Under the pieces are notes generated by a model. It was not told the DNA's origin. It saw nothing but the letters and a program-made list of their open reading frames with translations, and did no database searches. The position numbers and the translations under genes were made by a program. This document shows positions 1 to 8,542 of a stretch of DNA of 64,000 bases, one piece after another; the first letter of the stretch is position 1; each line of letters opens with the position of its first letter. Source of the DNA: Akkermansia muciniphila (lineage in GTDB: Bacteria > Verrucomicrobiota > Verrucomicrobiia > Limisphaerales > UBA11320); NCBI GenBank assembly GCA_945861575.1, contig CAMAVD010000003.1, forward strand, positions 3,036 to 67,035, given 5' to 3'.

Positions 1-1
1 A

Positions 2-166
2 GCCATCCAGGCGTGGCTGGACGACGAGGCTATTGTGAACCAGACCCGAGATGGGCATGTGTTTTCCATTCGGGTCGAGGTGGAGCAGTCAAAACCTCTG
101 GGCATCTCGACCTGGAGCACCACCGGGGCAATCCGGAAGCTCGATCTGAGAGCCTACCCGCGATAG
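2..166 (+). CDS. 3' end of an unidentified CDS running off the window start
   Basis: Frame 2 is open from base 2 to TAG at 164-166 and reads ...AIQAWLDDEAIVNQTRDGHVFSIRVEVEQSKPLGISTWSTTGAIRKLDLRAYPR. It looks protein-like but I recognise no family. Confidence 0.3.
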   Translation, partial: AIQAWLDDEAIVNQTRDGHVFSIRVEVEQSKPLGISTWSTTGAIRKLDLRAYPR

Positions 167-699
167 ACCACCATGACTCCGTAGTCGGTGACCCAAGCCC
201 GGCTGGCGAGATCCTGGTGGGTGTAGCTGAAGGTGCTGATTTTGATGATATTCGGCTCACCCACCTTGCCGAGCCACTGGTTGAGGTGCTCGTCGAAGTG
301 ATCCTTGCCGACTTCTACGTGATCGGAGTGGCGGAAGCTCTTGATTCGCATCTGGCGGTCCGACTCAAGCGCCGCTACTTCCAGCGTGGGCAGCGATTTG
401 ACGATCAGGCTCTCGGTCGGGCCTGCGTGGACCGGAACTGAGAAATGCTTCGATTCCTTCGCGGCCGCCGAACTCAGCATCGCGTTCATCACTGGCGGCC
501 GGGTTGGGGCTGCGGGAGCGGTAGGCGTTGCGGGCTCCGCCGCCGCGGGTTTGGCAGCCGGTGCGGCTGGCTCTTCTTCCGGTGCGGCTGGGACGGTCAC
601 CTTGGTGTTGCAGGAAGGGCAGTCGATCTGCGAACCCGCTCCTTCGCTGTCGATGGAGAGCTCTTGTTTGCAGGACGGACAGTCAAAGATGATATCCAT
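154..699 (-). CDS. hypothetical protein: N-terminal zinc ribbon, Pro/Ala-rich linker, unknown C-terminal domain
   Basis: 181-aa ORF. It has two CPSC pairs (DCPSCKQ...IDCPSCN), then a linker (PAAPEEEPAAPAAKPAAAEPATPTAPAAP), then about 95 aa of a globular-looking domain. Confidence 0.6.
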   Translation of the reverse strand: MDIIFDCPSCKQELSIDSEGAGSQIDCPSCNTKVTVPAAPEEEPAAPAAKPAAAEPATPTAPAAPTRPPVMNAMLSSAAAKESKHFSVPVHAGPTESLIVKSLPTLEVAALESDRQMRIKSFRHSDHVEVGKDHFDEHLNQWLGKVGEPNIIKISTFSYTHQDLASRAWVTDYGVMVVYRG

Positions 700-983
700 A
701 ATCGAGCTAAGATTAGAGGTTGTGGACGATGTGGCTACCCTAAGAGCGGATCCGGTTCAAAGCGAGCAAAAATCCCAAACCTCCCAGTTCGGAGGAGTGA
801 GGTTAGATCCCCCCAAAATCCGGTCTAACGAGCGCTGCGCCCGGGAACACAGAGGATTGAGTTTCTCCCAACTCCGGTCTGCCGGAGTTGCTTCTAGCCC
901 GCAGCGCGCTGGTAGGACCTGCAGTGACAGGAATGGCTGCGGACGAACTCCAAACTTGTTGCGAGCGATGAAGTGTGCGGGCT

Positions 984-1102
984 AGCAGGCCGTTGTACTT
1001 TGAATATCGTTCTGCAGGGTGCCCACCAGGGCTATTCCTTGGTTCCAGGGCTTTCTGGGCGTCGGCCTGCTAGAATTCAAAATCCGGCTGCCGGATTTTT
1101 TT
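984..1102. repeat. double-hairpin dispersed repeat, copy 1 (first stem split by a 70-nt loop)
   Basis: agcaggccg (984-992) pairs with cggcctgct (1063-1071). This is followed by aaaatccggctgccggatttt (1079-1099) and a T run. The same module occurs at 4719-4763 and 32483-32528. Confidence 0.6.
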
Positions 1103-1167
1103 GAAATTCAGTCTGACTGGTGAGATTCGGTCTGTTTTGCCTCAACTCATCCCGCTTCGCTTACTTT

Positions 1168-1365
1168 TCAGACCGTCCCCACCATCCGATGCAGTCTTTT
1201 CAGATTGTAGGCCGTGCTCACCAGGGTCCACTCCAGATTCACTTGTTGATCAAGGCCAGGTTGTTGCGACGAAAAGCACAGAGGGTGTCGTGGTCCGGGT
1301 GGCTATCTCCAGCTCGTCAACGGCATCGAGGATGAAGTGGCGGAGGTGGTCGCAAGGAAACCATC
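1168..1365 (-). pseudogene. relic of an IS1182/IS5-type DDE transposase (N- and C-terminal scraps only)
   Basis: The minus strand reads WFPCDHLRHFILDAVDELEI, like the conserved N-terminal transposase motif ...PeDHlvRfi.d.VdeLdL. After stop and frame changes it reads QVNLEWTLVSTAYNLKRLHRMVGTV*, the typical extreme C-terminus. The catalytic core is absent. Confidence 0.5.
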
Positions 1366-1491
1366 AGCGGATCGGCTCTTTTCCGCAGGAAAATATCTAG
1401 CAGCCTGTCACGACGATTCCTAAGAGATAACTCAGCACAAACGAGCTTCACAGCCGGACTCACGTCCGGTGGGGACAAGTCCGACAGGCTG

Positions 1492-2388
1492 CTAGCCGGG
1501 GACGATCACAGCGACCCGGCGGGCGGACAGGGACACGCTTGCGGGAAGTAGGCCCACGTTGTCGCCATCGAGCTCGAAGGGCATGCGGCCCGCGCAACGA
1601 AGTTCCAGCCGTCGGCTCTGCCAGCGGACGGAGCCACCGAAACGGTGAGGGTTTCCGGTGAGAAGACCTGCGCCGAATCGCAGGAGCGCGCCCAGATGGG
1701 CTTTGGGGAAGACGGCGACATCCAAGAGCCCGTCCGACAGATCGGCTTCGGGGAAGAGTGTGATCTTGCCCCCATAGTAGCGACCGTTGCCGATCAGCAC
1801 GAGATCGCCTGCGGCGGATCGTTCTTCAGAAGTCACTTCGATGATCGGTGCGCTCTCCCGGAGGGCCTCCAGGCCTGCCACGACATAGGCCAGCGGTCCG
1901 ATCTTTCTCTTCCAGTGATAGCGGACTCGTGCGATGGCTCGTGAATCCAGGCCCGCCCCGCCCAGTTGTGCGAAGGCCCGCGACTCACGTGAGCCTGTCT
2001 CGGTTTGCAGGGCTACTGTTGGCACATCTACCCAGCGTGTGATGCCTTGCCTGATGACGGATAGGGCCATGTCCAGCGAGGTGGGAAGCCCTAGTTCTTT
2101 CGCGAAGACATTGACGGTGCCCAGGGGAATCACCCCGAGTTTGGGCGTGGGGTCTGACCCACAAGCATCGAGCCAGCCGTTGAGAACTTCATTGACGGTG
2201 CCGTCTCCCCCTGCGGCCACGATGGTCTGGAACCCCTCCCTTACCGCCTGTGTTGCGAGCCGACGTCCTGCGCCGGGGGCATCGGTTGGAATCAGGCTCC
2301 ATTCAGAGGCGAGAGACTGGAGCTCACGCCGGAATCGAACGGCTTTGTCCCCGCGCGCTGTGGGATTAAAAACGATGCAGACCTTCAT
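1492..2388 (-). CDS. diacylglycerol/lipid kinase family protein (YegS/BmrU-like)
   Basis: 298 aa. Starts MKVCIVFNPTARGDKA and has the GGDGTVNEV motif and a length typical of the DAGK catalytic-domain family. Confidence 0.85.
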   Translation of the reverse strand: MKVCIVFNPTARGDKAVRFRRELQSLASEWSLIPTDAPGAGRRLATQAVREGFQTIVAAGGDGTVNEVLNGWLDACGSDPTPKLGVIPLGTVNVFAKELGLPTSLDMALSVIRQGITRWVDVPTVALQTETGSRESRAFAQLGGAGLDSRAIARVRYHWKRKIGPLAYVVAGLEALRESAPIIEVTSEERSAAGDLVLIGNGRYYGGKITLFPEADLSDGLLDVAVFPKAHLGALLRFGAGLLTGNPHRFGGSVRWQSRRLELRCAGRMPFELDGDNVGLLPASVSLSARRVAVIVPG

Positions 2389-2434
2389 GGCGAGGGGTCA
2401 CGAGGGTCCAACAGCCGAGGTTGGGGATGAGGGG

Positions 2435-3010
2435 TCAGAGTCTCGCGGCCAGCGCGCGCTGGCTATTCAGTAGGATTTCGTCGTGAAGCGACACGCCGTG
2501 AGAATCCATGGTAACCACCACAGGGAAGCGCTCCACCTCGAGTTCCCAGATCGCTTCGGGTGCGCCGAATTTTTCCAGCAGATGCACATTGCGCACTTTC
2601 TTGATGCATTCGGCTAGAACCTGGGCTGCTCCTCCCACCGCGTGGAGATAGACACAGCCATAGTCGTGGCAGGCCTTCAATGTCTTGCCTTCCATCCCGC
2701 CCTTTCCAATCACGCCTCGAATGCCAAAGTCTCGGATGATCTGCCACTGATACGGCTCCTCCCGGATGGAGGTGGTGGGTCCGGCTGCGGTGACTTTCCA
2801 CTGTCCCTCCAGGTCCTTCATGACCACGGGGCCACAGTGATAGATGATGCCCTCCCTCAGATTGACCTCGGGAGGCAGGGTTCCTCCCTCGTGCAGGTAT
2901 TTGTGGACCGCGTCGCGGCCGGTGTAGAGCACGCCGGTGATCTCAACAGCATCCCTCACTCTGAGGGCTCGGATCTTTTCTTCCGTAAACGGGGCGGAGA
3001 GCGAAATCAT
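2435..3010 (-). CDS. class I fumarate hydratase / tartrate dehydratase family, beta (C-terminal domain) subunit
   Basis: 191 aa. Contains ...VLYTGRDAVHKYL...IYHCGPV...GPTTS...GKGG..., characteristic of the FumA C-terminal/TtdB family. It lies directly downstream of the alpha subunit gene. Confidence 0.85.
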   Translation of the reverse strand: MISLSAPFTEEKIRALRVRDAVEITGVLYTGRDAVHKYLHEGGTLPPEVNLREGIIYHCGPVVMKDLEGQWKVTAAGPTTSIREEPYQWQIIRDFGIRGVIGKGGMEGKTLKACHDYGCVYLHAVGGAAQVLAECIKKVRNVHLLEKFGAPEAIWELEVERFPVVVTMDSHGVSLHDEILLNSQRALAARL

Positions 3011-3021
3011 AAGGGTGTGGT

Positions 3022-3900
3022 TTAGTAGAGCCAGTGGGCAATGCTTCCGTCGTCACTGAGCCTCAAACCCTGTCGTCGATAGGCCCAGCACATATAGCTG
3101 ATGCTAACGAAGAACGAGGCCGGTAGGCGATTGGCGACGCAGATCTTCGCACCGAGCAGCGTGGTTTTGCCTCCGAAGCCCATCGGGCCTATGCCCAGCT
3201 CGTTGGCGGTGTTGACGATGTCCTGCTCAAGGCGGTCTAAGTCTGGATGCGGATTACGGTCTTCGAGACGTCGGAGGAACTGGGTCTTGGAGAGCTCGTA
3301 ACCGGTGGCGCGATCCCCTCCGATACAGATTCCCAGGATGCCCGGGCCGCAGCCCTTTCCCTGCGCCTGTATGATGGCGTCGAGGATCACTTTGCGGCAG
3401 CCGTTCAGGTCGCGGTTGGCATGAAGCGCCTCGTTTGGGAGTGAGTACTGTGCCCCCACGTTCTCGCAGCCGCCGCCTTTGAGAACCAGACGCACTTCCA
3501 CTTCTGAGCTGCGGTGTTGATGGAAGTGGAAGGCAGGAGCGCCCGGGCCTACATTGGTGCCGTCATTCTTGCCGGTGAGGGAATCCACCGAGTTCTGCCT
3601 GAGGAAGCCCTTGCGGGTGGCTAGGGTGACCGTTTCACGGGCGGTTTCTGCGAACTGAATCTGATCGAAGCCCACCGGGCAGTCGACGTAGAATAGAATG
3701 CTCCCGGTGTCCTGGCAGATGGGCTGGGATTTTTGTTTGGCCAGCTCGATGTTCCGTTCGATCAGCTTGAGAGCGGATTCCGCAATGGTTCCCTTCTTTT
3801 CCTGCTCGAGCGAGCGCAGGATTGCCTGGTGCACGTCCTCGGGAATCTCGGCGGAGGTGCGGCGAATCAGTTCAAGTAGGGAATCCGGCAAAGCGCGCAT
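3022..3900 (-). CDS. class I fumarate hydratase / tartrate dehydratase family, alpha (N-terminal domain) subunit
   Basis: Has the CQDTGS motif and GGGCEN. I place the start at internal Met MRALPDSLLE (ATG at 3900) rather than the track start at 4029. Confidence 0.85.
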   Translation of the reverse strand: MRALPDSLLELIRRTSAEIPEDVHQAILRSLEQEKKGTIAESALKLIERNIELAKQKSQPICQDTGSILFYVDCPVGFDQIQFAETARETVTLATRKGFLRQNSVDSLTGKNDGTNVGPGAPAFHFHQHRSSEVEVRLVLKGGGCENVGAQYSLPNEALHANRDLNGCRKVILDAIIQAQGKGCGPGILGICIGGDRATGYELSKTQFLRRLEDRNPHPDLDRLEQDIVNTANELGIGPMGFGGKTTLLGAKICVANRLPASFFVSISYMCWAYRRQGLRLSDDGSIAHWLY

Positions 3901-4145
3901 AGTCGATCTTTCGATGTGTGAGACCGTACTGAGCAGCGACGCGGGTGTCAACTGAGCGCGGGGGGGATGGCTTTCCACAATGCTTTTCATACTCCGCTTG
4001 GACTGGCTCATGGACTCTGAACGGTGCAACAGAATCTACCCCCATCCCCGAGGTCCATGGGAGGGAGCACCTTCAAAAACGGACGTGAATCGAGGCCATG
4101 AACTTGGTGGGGAGACAGCTGACCTGTCCCCCTATGGCTCTGCCT

Positions 4146-4278
4146 CTACACCCGAAGGTCCGAGTCCCTGTAGGCGACGACGTGAGGAGGCGTTCCCCCC
4201 GCTCGCGTTGGAGCCCACGCCACTCGCCCGAGGCCTCCTGACGTCGTCCCCTACACCCGAAGGTCCGAGTCCCTGTAG
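4146..4278 (+). repeat. about 105-bp structured dispersed repeat (family R1), copy A, 1.25 units
   Basis: ctacacccgaaggtccgagtccctgtag occurs at 4146 and again at 4251. Between them, taggcgacgacgtgaggaggc pairs with gcctcctgacgtcgtcccc. The same family occurs at 35041-35289 and 58892-58962. Confidence 0.75.
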
Positions 4279-4326
4279 AACGGCTTTGAGCTTGGCCGTT
4301 CTGCATCTTCGCAGTATGGAAGGCGA

Positions 4327-4711
4327 ATGCTCCTGGTTCGATGGACCTGGCTGGTATTGCTGTTCGGTGTGGGATTGCGAACTTCTCCGGCTCGCGCCTC
4401 GGATCCGGCGGACGTTTTCTTCCTCAAACGGATCCACACCAATAGTGCAGGCCTGCGGCTCCCCTATCGTGTGATGCGCGTCGGAACCCCGGCCCCGGCC
4501 ACTTCGGTGCCTCTGATCGTTCTGGGCCTTCCACTCGGACGATGATCATCTCATTCCGGTGCAGTCGGCCCGCGACATGGTCCAGGCGTGGAAAACAAAA
4601 GGGGGCGTGGCGCGGTATACGGAGTACACCGGACTGAGGCATAGCTCCTGGAAGAAGGCGTATTTGGAAGCAGACCTCTACCCTTGGCTCTTCTCCCAGA
4701 CGCTGCCCTAG
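4327..4711 (+). pseudogene. internally deleted, frameshifted alpha/beta-hydrolase (secreted esterase/peptidase-type) remnant
   Basis: Frame 1 gives a signal peptide plus ...LPYRVMRVGTPAPATSVPLIVL and stops at 4545. Frame 2 continues SFWAFHSDDDHLIPVQSARDMVQAWKTKGGVARYTEYTGLRHSSWKKAYLEADLYPWLFSQTLP* with TAG at 4709-4711. The roughly 100 aa that should carry the GxSxG nucleophile are missing. Confidence 0.55.
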
Positions 4712-4718
4712 CCCACTC

Positions 4719-4763
4719 GCAGCGAATTCGCTGCGAGGATTCAAAATCCACCTGCCGGATTTT
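4719..4763. repeat. double-hairpin dispersed repeat, copy 2
   Basis: The perfect palindrome gcagcgaattcgctgc (4719-4734) is followed by gaggattcaaaatccacctgccggatttt. Confidence 0.6.
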
Positions 4764-5189
4764 GAGAGAAACAAAGACCCGAAATAGCCTGAAACCGATG
4801 CGAGCACGGCCGAGAAGACGGGGCATCGCATGAAGACCGAGAAAGGGTGGGAAAGAAAAGCCCAGGCTGAAGAAGGGTCGGCGGCCAGGGCCACATTCCT
4901 GGCCGCCCATACTTCTGAGGCACACAGGATGGGAAGAGAACTTTCTTCAACCATCCATCCCTCGCCAATGAGGATTCGACCAAATTACAAACAGGGAACG
5001 CCTCAACGGCTGGGGTATTATTGTGGGCTTTTCACCCTACGTCCAGAAGAGATTGTGCCAATCTCGTGACCTCAAAGTTCGAAAACCCGCTCACCCGTCG
5101 GTCCAGCGCTTGCGAATATCCCAACAAGGCCAGCTGTTTCGCGTCGCTGTCGCCGGAGAGCGGGGTGGAATCAGCAGGGCGGATGCCTC

Positions 5190-6344
5190 TCAGAGGACTG
5201 CCTGATAGAGCGCTCGAAAATCTTCGGCAGTGACGGGCACCGCGTTGGTCTTATGGCAGGGATCGTCCATCGCCTGTGCGACCAGGCTGTCGAGATGGTC
5301 CGTGGTGACGCCGTGGTCCCGAAGCCTTCCTTCGAGGCCGATGCCCTTGAGAAACGTGGTTACGAAGTGGATGGCTTGAGTATCTGAATCGGCATCGCTC
5401 AAGCCCAGCGTTTCCAGTCCGCAGGCCTGCCCGACTCTTCGATAGAGGCCGGGCTTGCGGGCGGCGCAAAACTTCATTCCAGCCACCAGGCAGAGCGCGT
5501 TGGCCAAGCCGTGATGCATCCCACAGATCGAGGACAGGGGATGCGCCAGCGAGTGCACCACTCCGAGGTCTTTCTGGAAGGCGATCGCGCCCATGGCAGC
5601 CGCCACAAGCATGTGACCGCGGGCCTCGAGGTTTCGGCCGTCCTGGACTGCCTTGGGTAGTGCGTCGACGATCAGGCGCACGCCTTCCAGCGCGATGCCG
5701 TCACAAAGCGGGTGGAACTGGGGGCAGGTGAAGCTTTCGATGCAGTGGGTGAGGGCGTCAGCCCCGGTGGCGGCGGTGAGTTTTGCCGGAAGTCCGACTG
5801 TAAGTTCCGGGTCGAGGATGACGAGCTTTGCCAGGAGTTCTGGATGAAAGAGCACGGCTTTCTTGCGAGTGCCATCCAGGGTAATGACCGAGCTTCGACC
5901 TACCTCGCTTCCCGTTCCAGCTGTGGTGGGGATGGCGATAAACGGGGCGAGGCCGCTCCAATCCGATTCATCATAGAATCGGCTCAGGTTGAATCCCGGT
6001 CGTTTGACCAGTAATCGGGCGGCCTTGCCGGCGTCCAGCGGGCTTCCTCCGCCGATGGCGATGATTCCGTCGCAGCCGTGCTGGATGAACAGGGCTGCCG
6101 GTTCTCGGACATCGTCCTCAACCGGGTTGGGATGCACACCTACGTAAGCGAACCACGAACTGCCTCGTCCTTCTGTTCCAAGGACGGAGGTCAGCGCTGC
6201 GAATGCGTCCGTCTTGGCGAATCCCCCATCGGTGACGATCAGGGGTCTGCGGATCCCGAGCTTTGCCATACGGGCGGGCAGTTCTCGCAAGGCTCCGGGG
6301 CCGAAAAGGGTGGGGGTCGGGAAGGAAAAGGAGGTGAGACTCAT
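5190..6344 (-). CDS. iron-containing (group III) alcohol dehydrogenase
   Basis: Fe-ADH motifs are present: GGGSPLDAGKA and the His cluster ...HSLAHPLS...HHG. The start is taken at MSLTSFSF, which gives an ATGA overlap with the upstream GATase stop. Confidence 0.9.
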   Translation of the reverse strand: MSLTSFSFPTPTLFGPGALRELPARMAKLGIRRPLIVTDGGFAKTDAFAALTSVLGTEGRGSSWFAYVGVHPNPVEDDVREPAALFIQHGCDGIIAIGGGSPLDAGKAARLLVKRPGFNLSRFYDESDWSGLAPFIAIPTTAGTGSEVGRSSVITLDGTRKKAVLFHPELLAKLVILDPELTVGLPAKLTAATGADALTHCIESFTCPQFHPLCDGIALEGVRLIVDALPKAVQDGRNLEARGHMLVAAAMGAIAFQKDLGVVHSLAHPLSSICGMHHGLANALCLVAGMKFCAARKPGLYRRVGQACGLETLGLSDADSDTQAIHFVTTFLKGIGLEGRLRDHGVTTDHLDSLVAQAMDDPCHKTNAVPVTAEDFRALYQAVL

Positions 6345-7093
6345 AAAGCGATGCAATGAACGAAACGATCCAAGACCTGCGCTGCAATGGGGGCATCCTC
6401 GAACGTGGTGAGACGCTGGTCGATATCAAAGCCGATCTGGCCCCGCCATCGCTCCAGCCTGGGCGTCCAGAGGAAGCGCAGGATCTCCGCCCGAGTTTCA
6501 GGGTGGAACTGCACGCCGAAGAGAGAGCCGCCGTCGCTGAAGGACTGGATCTCGGTATGGACTCCCGTGGCCAGAAGTTGGCATCCCCTGGGGAGTTCCA
6601 GGACGGCATCCGCATGGCTTTGGAGCGCGGTGAAATTTTGAGGGAAACCTTGGAAGAGCGAGCTGGCAGTGCCCGATTCGGTTAGGCGGATGTCCACGTT
6701 ACCCAACTCCCAGCCTAGCGGATGGCGGGCGACCTTGGCCCCGAGAGCGCGTCCGAGGATTTGGTGACCATAGCAGACGCCCAGGAAGGGGATGGCACGC
6801 GCCGCACACCGTTCGATGAGTCGGCACAGGGCAGAGTTGACGGGGTCGTCGTTCCAGGCGTCCCGAGGCGATCCTGAGATCACCACGCCTGCGACGTCAG
6901 GCCCGGGTTCTGAGGACAAATCAGACTCCGCAGAAACCGTGCGGATCGGTCGTGCGCCCGGGAGTGGGGAGAGATGAGGTTCGAACCAGCCTCGGACGGA
7001 TCGCAGCGGATGATCTACTGGATAAGCGTCGCCCCAGCAAACAGCGTCCACCAGAAGGATTTCCCCGTTCGTTCGGCGATCGCTGGTGGTCAT
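6341..7093 (-). CDS. class I glutamine amidotransferase-like protein
   Basis: 250 aa with the catalytic motifs GVCYGHQILG and FGVQFHPE. Confidence 0.85.
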   Translation of the reverse strand: MTTSDRRTNGEILLVDAVCWGDAYPVDHPLRSVRGWFEPHLSPLPGARPIRTVSAESDLSSEPGPDVAGVVISGSPRDAWNDDPVNSALCRLIERCAARAIPFLGVCYGHQILGRALGAKVARHPLGWELGNVDIRLTESGTASSLFQGFPQNFTALQSHADAVLELPRGCQLLATGVHTEIQSFSDGGSLFGVQFHPETRAEILRFLWTPRLERWRGQIGFDIDQRLTTFEDAPIAAQVLDRFVHCIAL

Positions 7094-7106
7094 CCCGTGA
7101 AACGGT

Positions 7107-8237
7107 TCAGAGTTTCATGGACGCGGGGTCTACACCCTGTTCTCGGCACCAGTCTGCATAAGCAAAGGGGGAGATCTCTGAAGGCTTGATCTCACTGCGT
7201 CCTCCCCAGAATACATTCGTATAGAGAATAGGGATGCCCAGGCTCGTGAGGTGCGCATCAATGGCAGCCTTGTGCGCCAGCACCATGGGCTTTTCAGTGC
7301 CATGGGCGACACCCATCACGTTCACGTTCTTGAACTCCGGCCCGCCCTCGCGCCAGTAGGCGTGGGTCATGATGTGATGGCGTCCCACCTCGCGGCCGGC
7401 TTCGATTTCGCGTCCCGGGGGAACGGCCCAGTGGAACAGCGCGTTGAAGCGTGTGACTCGCTCGCCTTCATTGACCGGCTTCACATGCTCCAGGAAGGTG
7501 GAGAAGCGTCCGATCACTTTGCGGCGGTCCAGATCCTCCGCCACCTGATGGAAAACGGAGAGCGGCACGGCGGCTTCCGCCGCGCGCGCGACCCAAAGAT
7601 CTCGGACCAGCTCCTCGGGAGTGAATTCGCGCTTGAGCGCTACCAGGATTCGCCATTCGAGCTCGGACAATTGGGCGATCCGCACTTCGACCGCTTCTGC
7701 GGGCACGTCCGCTTTGCTGCCGGGCTCCATGCCGCGACGTCGCGTATGGCCCACGCCGAGGGCGAAAAGCCTCTTGGCGGGCATCAAGCGGAAGTGCTGC
7801 CCGCCAATCCGCTTTAAGAGCATCTCGCAATGTCGTTCCAGCGAGTAGCCTTGGGGGACCTTGAGAGTCGTCCAGAGCCGGTAATTCGAGCCCGCAGTCA
7901 CGTTGTCGGTGCTACGCGTGACGACATGTCCTGAAAAGGGGTCTTTTTGGAAGAGATAGTCGAATGCGGCTTCGAGACGTTCTTGGGGGACCTCCCAGGC
8001 GACCAGTGCTCCATCGGCGAGGTTCGTGGCGAGCAGGGTTTGTCGCACCCGACGGATTGTTCCCGCGGCCACCATGGCCCGGATACGTTCCAGGATGGTT
8101 TCGATGGGGAGGCCGGTTTGAATGGCGATCTGACCAAAGGGATCGCGATGGAAACCCTGAAGCTGATCCTCGGAAACCGCTAGGATGGCGGCATTCACTG
8201 GATCGTTGAAACTGACGGGAATGGTGTCCGAGCTCAT
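7107..8237 (-). CDS. two-domain Lrp/AsnC-fold protein resembling siroheme decarboxylase (NirDL/AhbAB) fusions
   Basis: 376 aa. The first half shows the pattern ...ILERIRAMVAAGTIRRVRQTLLATNLADGALVAWEVPQERLE...FSGHVVTRS...YRLWTTLKV. The second half repeats it loosely (...KVIGRFSTFL...MTHAYWRE...VMGVAHG). The call rests on pattern memory only. Confidence 0.5.
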   Translation of the reverse strand: MSSDTIPVSFNDPVNAAILAVSEDQLQGFHRDPFGQIAIQTGLPIETILERIRAMVAAGTIRRVRQTLLATNLADGALVAWEVPQERLEAAFDYLFQKDPFSGHVVTRSTDNVTAGSNYRLWTTLKVPQGYSLERHCEMLLKRIGGQHFRLMPAKRLFALGVGHTRRRGMEPGSKADVPAEAVEVRIAQLSELEWRILVALKREFTPEELVRDLWVARAAEAAVPLSVFHQVAEDLDRRKVIGRFSTFLEHVKPVNEGERVTRFNALFHWAVPPGREIEAGREVGRHHIMTHAYWREGGPEFKNVNVMGVAHGTEKPMVLAHKAAIDAHLTSLGIPILYTNVFWGGRSEIKPSEISPFAYADWCREQGVDPASMKL

Positions 8238-8542
8238 GACGGCATTGATATAACAGAACCTCCCGTCCTGTTGACCACCCTTTTATTGCGGGAAGGCCAC
8301 CCTCAGACGTGGTTTCTAGCTTCAAGCGAAGCAAGGACGTCTTCTTTCGCCAGCCGTTCTCGTTTTGAGAATGCACAGCCAAGTGTTCCGGTGAGGCGAT
8401 GGCGATGCTCCTCCCTCGATTCTTTCGCTTGCCCGGCGTATCTTTTCTGGATCATTCTCCAGATCATGCACCTCCGGCGCGATTCCAACCCGATCCCCAG
8501 GTCCTGCGCGGGCATTTTTCTGCCGATCTGGAGGGGCACCCC

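Noticed and set aside
4424-4954. 176-aa minus-strand ORF and neighbouring 60-125-aa ORFs between 4073 and 5233
   Set aside because: They overlap the esterase remnant and the R1/R2 repeats, read as low-complexity Arg/Pro/Ser-rich sequence, and have no motifs.
5034-5190. Protein-like open frame on the minus strand just downstream of the Fe-ADH stop (..DSDAKQLALLGYSQALDRRVSGFSNFEVTRLAQSLLDVG*)
   Set aside because: It is not in frame with the ADH, so it is not a read-through or selenocysteine extension. It has no start codon outside the ADH gene and matches no family I recognise. It is possibly a gene relic, but this is unsupported.
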